From contig JALTXW010000007.1 in assembly GCA_027046565.1 (NCBI GenBank), positions 1 through 22,552 on the forward strand: 22,552 bases of DNA, in the 5' to 3' direction. Shown piece by piece: positions 16,844 through 22,552 of this stretch. The notes beneath the pieces were generated by a model. The model searched no databases. It worked only from the letters and a program-made list of their open reading frames with translations, and had not been told where the DNA came from. Numbering within the stretch: the first letter of the stretch is position 1; each line of letters opens with the position of its first letter. A program made the translations under genes and the position numbers. Origin of the DNA: Candidatus Parcubacteria bacterium. Lineage in GTDB: Bacteria; Patescibacteriota; Minisyncoccia; Minisyncoccales; S141-161.

Positions 16844-17875
16844 ATGCAGGGTTTAACTAAAAATAAAATTTGGCTGTTAGTTTTGTTTTCTATCTTTGTT
16901 ATCTCTTTTATCTTTCAAGAGAAAAATCTCGTAGCTCAAACACCAGCCCCAGTCAATCCTACCATTTTGAGAGGTTTAGAAAGTGGAGAGATAAAAATCT
17001 GCGGAAGAGAGATAAACTTAGGAGGGCATTTAGAAAGAGTGAACCTCCATCTTAAAGAATTTCTACCCATACTAACTGATTTGGAAAAATCTTTTGAAGC
17101 TATTCTGCTTAGTGGCAAAAAAATTTCTAATCTTGCTAAAAATTGTTTGAGAGAAAACTGCGGAGCTTCTTGTGGGTGTAGAAATGTGGCGGTTACTAAG
17201 TTTAATTATTGCGAAACAGTTTCTTTAATATGTGAGTGCGAGGTCAAAGGTAATGTCACTATATGCAAAGCTGGAGGCTATAAGATTAGAAAAGATCTAA
17301 ACATAGAATGCAGAGACAAAGGAAAAGTGGTTAAAAAAAGGATAGAACTTCAAGTTCCAGAAGTAGCTTGTTTTCCAAATCAACAAGGCGACTTAATAAA
17401 AATTGAAAAAGTTTGCACTGGAATCCAAGATGTTCCTGAGTGTGGAAGGGAATGCTGCACAGAACAAGGAACAGTATACAATCCGCCAGATATATCCGAA
17501 GGGGGAGTACAGCAGTTGGGATGTCAAAAGGTAGACAGCTGTAAAGCTCAACCTCAACAATGCCAAGGAATAGGAGAAGGACCTTTAGGAACTGCTCCTT
17601 GTCCCGAGGGAATCAATAAAAACTATCAGAACGTTAAAGACTTAATTGAAAATATACCAGATATTTTGAAAGAGTTAGAACAACTTCAGTTTTCAATTTA
17701 CAAGCTAGAGAGAGAAAAAAGAGATTTAGCTAGAACTTTTCGAACCTGGTATTCTCAAAGAGACAAGAAAGATCTGTTTGATTGTATTACGATGCGAAGC
17801 TTGGAAAAATACTTAGTTAAATATCCAGTAGAATGCCCTTATGGAGGTTTAACTTATTTTGAATGTGAAAGATAG
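16844..17875 (+). CDS. Secreted highly cysteine-rich protein (343 aa, ~30 Cys)
   Basis: The signal peptide is KIWLLVLFSIFVISFIF...LVAQ. Dense Cys clusters follow (NCGASCGCRN, CECEV, CGRECCTEQG, CKAQPQQCQG). The C-terminus reads YFECER. Confidence 0.65.
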   Translation: MQGLTKNKIWLLVLFSIFVISFIFQEKNLVAQTPAPVNPTILRGLESGEIKICGREINLGGHLERVNLHLKEFLPILTDLEKSFEAILLSGKKISNLAKNCLRENCGASCGCRNVAVTKFNYCETVSLICECEVKGNVTICKAGGYKIRKDLNIECRDKGKVVKKRIELQVPEVACFPNQQGDLIKIEKVCTGIQDVPECGRECCTEQGTVYNPPDISEGGVQQLGCQKVDSCKAQPQQCQGIGEGPLGTAPCPEGINKNYQNVKDLIENIPDILKELEQLQFSIYKLEREKRDLARTFRTWYSQRDKKDLFDCITMRSLEKYLVKYPVECPYGGLTYFECER

Positions 17876-17891
17876 GTTATAATTTAAAAAT

Positions 17892-19460
17892 ATGAAAAAG
17901 ATTTGGATAATTTTAGCTTTGATAATTTTAAGTTTAGCTTTTAAAGCTGAAGCCCAAATTAAAGAAAGAGGGATCCTACCTCAGTTAGATTATCCTGCAG
18001 TAAGAGGATTAGATTTGGATCAACTAATGAGAGAAGGACAGATTACTTTAGATACCATAGCAAGATATGTTTATTACTTTTTTATAACTATTGGAGGAAT
18101 AGTAGCCTTGACAGGTTTAGTGTTAGCTGGGATAAAGTGGCTGCTATACTCTGGATCTCCGTCAGGAATCTCTGAAGCTAAACAAAGTTTTTTAGCGGTA
18201 TTTTTAGGAATGATAATTCTTTTTGGTTCTTGGGTAATCTTAAACACTTTAGATCCTCACCTCAAAAATCTTCCTTTATTAGGAACTAAAGCCAAAGTCC
18301 CAACTCCTCCAGAAAGAGGACCTTTACCTGGAGAAAGTCATATTAGAATTTATGTGGAACCATCTGCAAACACCAGACTGCCTCGAAGTTTAATAGAAGA
18401 TGGAATTGCGCTTACCGAAGAAAGTTTTCCTATTTTAAATCTTAAAAAGCTTAAAATTGGAAACAAAGTTTATGATTTATCCGGCGGAAATAACTCTGAT
18501 GGAAAGATAGTTGGAGTTAGATTTTTCTTAAAGAGTAAAGGTAGCGGGATAGACTGGGTAGCTCCGAAAGGGCCTACTATTGGAGGAGGAGTAGCACTCT
18601 TGCCTCAAATTCCAGAGTTTCATTATGGAGTAGTATGTTTTGAAGAGCCTCAAAATAGAGGAAGGTTCACACTTGTATTTTCTATGGAAAGTTTAGAATA
18701 TAATCCTCAAACTGGATTTCTAGAAAGTCCTTCTACTCCTATTCCTTTAGTGATTTACAACAATCGCATTTCTGATAATCCCGAATCTCCTTGCCAATCT
18801 TTAGGATTGATAAAAGTTCCCACCGGAGGAGAAGTGGTTGGCCTTCCTTTAGATTCTGAAAACATTACTTTTTATGAATTTCCTTTACCTGAAGCTGTAA
18901 TCCTGACTACTTCAGCTGGAGGTCTAAAAGAGCTTAAAGGAGGATGCATAGAGATAGGTGAGAGGTTAGATTTAGATTGTGAGACCGGAGTCAGTGTAAT
19001 GCCAATAATTGCAGCTTCGATGGGATGGAAAGCATCTTTTGCTCCACCAATTTGTAGGAATTTAAAAGGAAAAACTAAGATAGATCCTGATAAAGACATC
19101 TTTAGAGAATGGTATCCTATGGCAATGGAGCTTTACGCAGAAAATAAAAACAAGTATTTAGTAATCCTGCTTCCAGATATCTCTGAAAATCCCTGGGATC
19201 CGGCTTCACCTAATGGATTTTACATTAGACGAGAAGGGTTTTATGGAGGACCTGCCTACTTTATTACAGGAGTAAGAACAATAGATAGTTTTAAAACTCT
19301 TTCAGATCTTACTTATTGGATTACCAGATATCCTAACCCTTCAAAGCTGTATTATTATGGGCCTGCAGTAGATTTAGACTCTCTATTGGAAGCTGAAAAG
19401 TACGCTCCTAAAAGTTGTATCATCATCCCTATAATCTCAGTCAAGATTCATTCTGGTTAA
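17892..19460 (+). CDS. VirB2/TrbC-like pilin-hairpin fusion protein, paralogue 3 (522 aa)
   Basis: The signal peptide (cleavage after AEA) is followed by the PQLDYPAVRGLDLDQLM box. The hairpin reads FFITIGGIVALTGLVLAGIKWLLYSGSPSGISEAKQSFLAVFLGMIILFGSWVILNTLDPHL. The AGIxWLxxG motif resembles the VAIGISWMFG of VirB2/TrbC pilins. It has a large C-terminal domain. Confidence 0.7.
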   Translation: MKKIWIILALIILSLAFKAEAQIKERGILPQLDYPAVRGLDLDQLMREGQITLDTIARYVYYFFITIGGIVALTGLVLAGIKWLLYSGSPSGISEAKQSFLAVFLGMIILFGSWVILNTLDPHLKNLPLLGTKAKVPTPPERGPLPGESHIRIYVEPSANTRLPRSLIEDGIALTEESFPILNLKKLKIGNKVYDLSGGNNSDGKIVGVRFFLKSKGSGIDWVAPKGPTIGGGVALLPQIPEFHYGVVCFEEPQNRGRFTLVFSMESLEYNPQTGFLESPSTPIPLVIYNNRISDNPESPCQSLGLIKVPTGGEVVGLPLDSENITFYEFPLPEAVILTTSAGGLKELKGGCIEIGERLDLDCETGVSVMPIIAASMGWKASFAPPICRNLKGKTKIDPDKDIFREWYPMAMELYAENKNKYLVILLPDISENPWDPASPNGFYIRREGFYGGPAYFITGVRTIDSFKTLSDLTYWITRYPNPSKLYYYGPAVDLDSLLEAEKYAPKSCIIIPIISVKIHSG

Positions 19461-19464
19461 AAAT

Positions 19465-20823
19465 ATGGTCAAAGCTTTCTTTTATCTACTCTTGATCCCT
19501 CAGCTAGATTACCCTTCAATAGGGGGAAGAGATTTAGATCAAATAATGTTATCTTCTCCTATAGGAGCTACAGTAAGAGATTTAGCTTTGTATCTTTTTG
19601 ATTTTTTAATTTTAAGTGGAGTAATTTTAATCTTATTGAGCTTAACTTTTGCTGGAATAAAGTGGCTTTTAAGCCAAGGCAATCCTGGAAAACTCCTTTC
19701 AGCTAAAAACCAAATGCTTTCTGCTTTGACCGGAGGTTTCATCTTATTGGCTTCTTGGGTAATCTTAAATACTTTAGATCCTTATTTGGTAAGGATAAGA
19801 GAACTGCCTAACTTTTCAATTCAAACTCCAAATAAAAAACCTTTAGAGAAAGGAAATAAAATAATTTTAATCATTGAACCGTCGTCAAATTCTAAGCTTC
19901 CCTTAGGAATTCAAACAAGAAAGAGGATAGTTTTAGATGAAAACTCTTTTCCTATTCCAGATATAACTAAGTTTAAGTTAGGAGGTAGAACTTATGATCT
20001 ATCTGGAAAACCTAACTCTGATGCTAAAATTTTAGGTATAAAGTTTGAAATAGAAGCAGAAAAGGATACAGAAAAGTTAGATTGGAACAAAGGTTTAGTC
20101 AAAAATCCTCCCCAATTCCATTATGGAGTTTTATGTTTTGAAAAGAAAAGTTACAAAGGAAAATTGGAAATCGTGTTTTCATTTATGCCCGAAAAGTATA
20201 AAGACCCTCCTGGGATTTGGATTACTAACTTACGAGAACTAAAAGTAAAGTATGGAGGTTTAAACTCTCCTTGTCAATCTTTAGGACTAATAAAAGTCCC
20301 TCTTCCTCACAAACTTTTAAGTTTGCCAAGTTACGGAGATAACCTTACCTTCTACGAAAATCCCTTTCCTCAAAGATACAAAGTAAACATAGATCCTACT
20401 ACCGGCAAAGAAAGCTTCGAATTAATTGGAGAATGTATAGAATTAGGAGATAGAGCAGACCTTAATTGCAGAATCACTACTCCTAATTTATTGCCTATTC
20501 ACAGAATAGGGACACCGTGGTGGGAATGGTTTTTAGTACAAGGTTGTGTTAATTTAAGTTTGCCAGGAGGCAAATTTCCTACCTCTTTAGAGGTTTACCC
20601 TGCTAACATTCAGCTTTATTTGATTTTATTATTAGATACTGCCTATCCTAACCCTGGAGCTTATTTTTCATCTAACTATAGCCTTTCTGCTAATCCTTTT
20701 TATTATGTTTTTGGAATCACTCAAATAAACAACTTTGACCAGCTTCCCAAAGAGATAAGAAAGAGACCCAAAAGTTGCGCTATCGTGCCCATCGACGGAA
20801 TAAAGATAGAGAAAGTATTTTAA
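19465..20823 (+). CDS. VirB2/TrbC-like pilin-hairpin fusion protein, paralogue 4 (452 aa), tandem duplicate of paralogue 3
   Basis: The PQLDYPSIGGRDLDQIM box lies at residues 12-28, followed by the same hairpin and the SWVILNTLDPYLV motif. The C-terminal domain shares motifs with paralogue 3 (FHYGV-CFE, SPCQSLGLIKVP, YDLSG-NSD-KI-G, IE-G-R-DL-C, KSC-I-PI). The 30-nt nucleotide islands match paralogue 3 at 29 of 30 positions. Confidence 0.7.
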   Translation: MVKAFFYLLLIPQLDYPSIGGRDLDQIMLSSPIGATVRDLALYLFDFLILSGVILILLSLTFAGIKWLLSQGNPGKLLSAKNQMLSALTGGFILLASWVILNTLDPYLVRIRELPNFSIQTPNKKPLEKGNKIILIIEPSSNSKLPLGIQTRKRIVLDENSFPIPDITKFKLGGRTYDLSGKPNSDAKILGIKFEIEAEKDTEKLDWNKGLVKNPPQFHYGVLCFEKKSYKGKLEIVFSFMPEKYKDPPGIWITNLRELKVKYGGLNSPCQSLGLIKVPLPHKLLSLPSYGDNLTFYENPFPQRYKVNIDPTTGKESFELIGECIELGDRADLNCRITTPNLLPIHRIGTPWWEWFLVQGCVNLSLPGGKFPTSLEVYPANIQLYLILLLDTAYPNPGAYFSSNYSLSANPFYYVFGITQINNFDQLPKEIRKRPKSCAIVPIDGIKIEKVF

Positions 20824-21278
20824 ACCTTCGGCTTAATCACTACTCTGCGATTAGGCTCTTGACCTATGCTTTCTGTATAAACATTTGGAAAATCAGATAA
20901 AGCTAAGTGTATAGCTCTTCTTTCAAAAGCTGACATTGGTGGAAGTTCTTTAGCTTTTTTAGTTAAAGCTACCTCTTGAGCTAACTCTTTAGCAAAGCTT
21001 TTTAAAAACTCAAGCTTTTTCTTGCGATAGTTGTTAATATCTAAAATAATTCTCAATCCTAAATCAGGGAAATCTTTTTTAACTACTACTCTAATAATAT
21101 GCTGGAGAGCATTTAAACCCTCAGCCCTTTGAAAAAGTAAAAGTTTAGCTTCTTCCTTATGTAAAACCAAGTTTAGTTCTAAAGAATCTTCACTAACCGA
21201 AGCTTGAGTTTTAACTTCAAAGCCCATTCTTTTAATTATCTCCTGACAAATCCTTTGAAGAGTTTCTATCTCTCTCAT
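20820..21278 (-). CDS. jag: Jag/KhpB-like RNA-binding protein (KH + R3H domains)
   Basis: The KH-like region reads ...LFQRAEGLNALQHIIRVVV. The R3H motif reads ERRAIHLALSDFPNVYTESIGQEPNRRVVIKP. It lies immediately downstream of yidC, in the canonical rnpA-yidD-yidC-jag order. The track start at 21278 overlaps yidC by 47 nt. An alternative in-frame Met at 21230 would remove the overlap. Confidence 0.8.
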   Translation of the reverse strand: MREIETLQRICQEIIKRMGFEVKTQASVSEDSLELNLVLHKEEAKLLLFQRAEGLNALQHIIRVVVKKDFPDLGLRIILDINNYRKKKLEFLKSFAKELAQEVALTKKAKELPPMSAFERRAIHLALSDFPNVYTESIGQEPNRRVVIKPKV

Positions 21279-22011
21279 AGTCTTTTTTAATTTTATATTT
21301 CTTATCTAATCTTTCAAGAATAAGTTTTCTCTCTAAAATGGAAAACACTATGTTTGCTATCCAATAAACACCTAAAGCAGAAGGAAACCTAACTAATAAA
21401 AAGAAAGTAAGAAAGGGCATCAAAAATAAAATTTGTTTTTGCAGTAAAGCTTCTTTTTTTCCTTGAAAAGAAATCTCTTTGATCTCTTTACTAACCTGCC
21501 AAAACTGCAAAAGAGAAGCAAACAAAGCTAAAGCAAAATTAGGGGAATTTAAATTAAGCAGTCCTCCTAAAGCTATAGGGCTTAGATCCTTTGGCTGAGG
21601 CAGAAAAGAATAAACCAAATCCAGTTTATCTTCTTTTATGCCTTTCCAAAAAATTTGAAACAAAGCAATCAACACCGGGAATTGAATTAAAAATGGCAAA
21701 CACCCTGAAGCTGGAGTAATCTTTTCTTTTTGATAAAGCTCTAAAATAAACTTAGCCTGCTTTTCAGGATCTTTTTTAAACTTTTCTTTGTGTTTTTCTA
21801 TTTCTTTTTGAATTCTCAAAAGCTTTTTTTGAGCTACAATTCCTTTTTTACTTAAAGGAAACAACATTAGTTTTAATATCAAAGTCAAAAAGATTATAGC
21901 TAAAGCTAAATCTTTAAAAGGCAAAAGCCAATAAATTAAAATTAAAAGATTAAAGATAGGCTGCAGGATAAAATTGGAAAAAAGGTAAACTCCGATTTCT
22001 TTAAACTCCAT
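21232..22011 (-). CDS. yidC: YidC/Oxa1-family membrane protein insertase (short Gram-positive type)
   Basis: The conserved motifs PASGCLPFLIQFPVLIALFQ and LGGLLNLNSPN are present, with 5 TM segments and a basic C-tail. Confidence 0.9.
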   Translation of the reverse strand: MEFKEIGVYLFSNFILQPIFNLLILIYWLLPFKDLALAIIFLTLILKLMLFPLSKKGIVAQKKLLRIQKEIEKHKEKFKKDPEKQAKFILELYQKEKITPASGCLPFLIQFPVLIALFQIFWKGIKEDKLDLVYSFLPQPKDLSPIALGGLLNLNSPNFALALFASLLQFWQVSKEIKEISFQGKKEALLQKQILFLMPFLTFFLLVRFPSALGVYWIANIVFSILERKLILERLDKKYKIKKDYERDRNSSKDLSGDN

Positions 22012-22221
22012 TTAAATACAACTTAAAATTCTTTTTAAAGCTAAAAATGAACCTTTCCAAAATCCATAATTTAAAATTGCTCTTTTAGCGTATTCAGAAC
22101 AAGAGGGTTTATGTTTGCAAATAGGATAATTTAAAGGATAACCTAAAACACTCTTTAATACCAATTTTAAAAACGTTTGATAAAAGCTAAAAAATTCTAA
22201 AACCAAGTTAATTAGTTTCAT
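22012..22221 (-). CDS. yidD: Membrane protein insertion efficiency factor YidD
   Basis: The FYQTFLK...CKHKPSCSEYAKRAILNYGFWKGSFLALKRILSC signature is present (conserved Cys/PSCS-Y motif). It overlaps rnpA by 14 nt as is usual. Confidence 0.85.
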   Translation of the reverse strand: MKLINLVLEFFSFYQTFLKLVLKSVLGYPLNYPICKHKPSCSEYAKRAILNYGFWKGSFLALKRILSCI

Positions 22222-22546
22222 TGTTAATTTTGGTTAAAAACTTTTTGAAATCTTCTCTAGCTTTCCAGTAATCAATTTCGCAACTTTTAGCTTTAACTAA
22301 AAGCCAAACTTTAAATCCAGAGTAATCCAAAAGTTCATCTTTTAAAGCTGCTCTTAACACTCTTTTTATTCTATTCCTTTTAACCGCCTTTCTGCAAACT
22401 TTTTTAGAAACCAAAACTGTAGCTTTAAAATCAGAAACATCTAAGAGATAAAAAATATCAAATCTTTCTCCTTTAAACTTCTTTCCTTTTTTAGCTACTT
22501 TTTCGATTTCTTTTGTCAATCTTAGTCTATACTTTTTAGGGAACAT
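22208..22546 (-). CDS. rnpA: Ribonuclease P protein component RnpA
   Basis: The RNR motif region KKVCRKAVKRNRIKRVLRAAL is present. The basic 112-aa protein lies at the head of the rnpA-yidD-yidC cluster. Confidence 0.88.
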   Translation of the reverse strand: MFPKKYRLRLTKEIEKVAKKGKKFKGERFDIFYLLDVSDFKATVLVSKKVCRKAVKRNRIKRVLRAALKDELLDYSGFKVWLLVKAKSCEIDYWKAREDFKKFLTKINNETN

Positions 22547-22552
22547 CTACAC

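Noticed and set aside
13203-19742. Antisense ORFs 13203-13454, 14498-14827, 18872-19099, 19539-19742 and the alternate-frame ORFs 16870-17055 and 16936-17118
   Set aside because: All lie inside genes with strong motif support (VirB4 Walker motifs, pilin-hairpin paralogues, Cys-rich protein). They have no start context and are unlikely to be coding.
5817-20823. Interpretation as an integrative conjugative element or plasmid-derived conjugation module
   Set aside because: No relaxase, type IV coupling protein, integrase/recombinase, oriT-like structure or flanking direct repeats are visible. The flanks are core genes (rsmA; jag-yidC-yidD-rnpA), and the GC/codon style is uniform with the flanks. 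It is more consistent with a resident chromosomal apparatus.

Overview
This is a 22.5 kb, low-GC (~33%) bacterial window with tightly packed genes, lysine/glutamate-rich low-complexity proteins and few Shine-Dalgarno sequences, which resembles a reduced-genome Patescibacteria/CPR-like organism. The left flank (1-5850) is housekeeping: a 5'-truncated K/E-rich coiled-coil membrane protein, a DksA/TraR zinc-finger protein, a ComM/YifB Mg-chelatase-like ATPase, a LysM-M23 peptidase and the 16S rRNA dimethyltransferase rsmA/ksgA. The right flank (20820-22552, minus strand) is the conserved rnpA-yidD-yidC-jag cluster, which usually sits beside rpmH and dnaA near the replication origin. The middle (5.8-20.8 kb) is an envelope-associated locus. 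It holds an 880-aa polytopic membrane protein with an RG-rich tail, a SPFH/band-7 membrane protein, and a convergent pair of small membrane-peptide genes with a strong sigma70-like promoter and a bidirectional intrinsic terminator. These are followed by a 12-gene co-directional operon (10495-20823) that is translationally coupled throughout. The operon encodes a PrgI/VirB3-like small membrane protein, a VirB4-family ATPase split into two adjacent ORFs, and four paralogous proteins that share a VirB2/TrbC-like two-helix pilin hairpin fused to large divergent extracellular domains. Heavily cysteine-rich secreted proteins are interleaved with these paralogs. No relaxase, coupling protein, VirB11, integrase or transposase is present, so this looks like a chromosomal minimal type IV secretion/pilus-like surface apparatus, possibly for host attachment or DNA transfer, rather than a mobile element. 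I found no rRNA, tRNA, CRISPR array or IS element.
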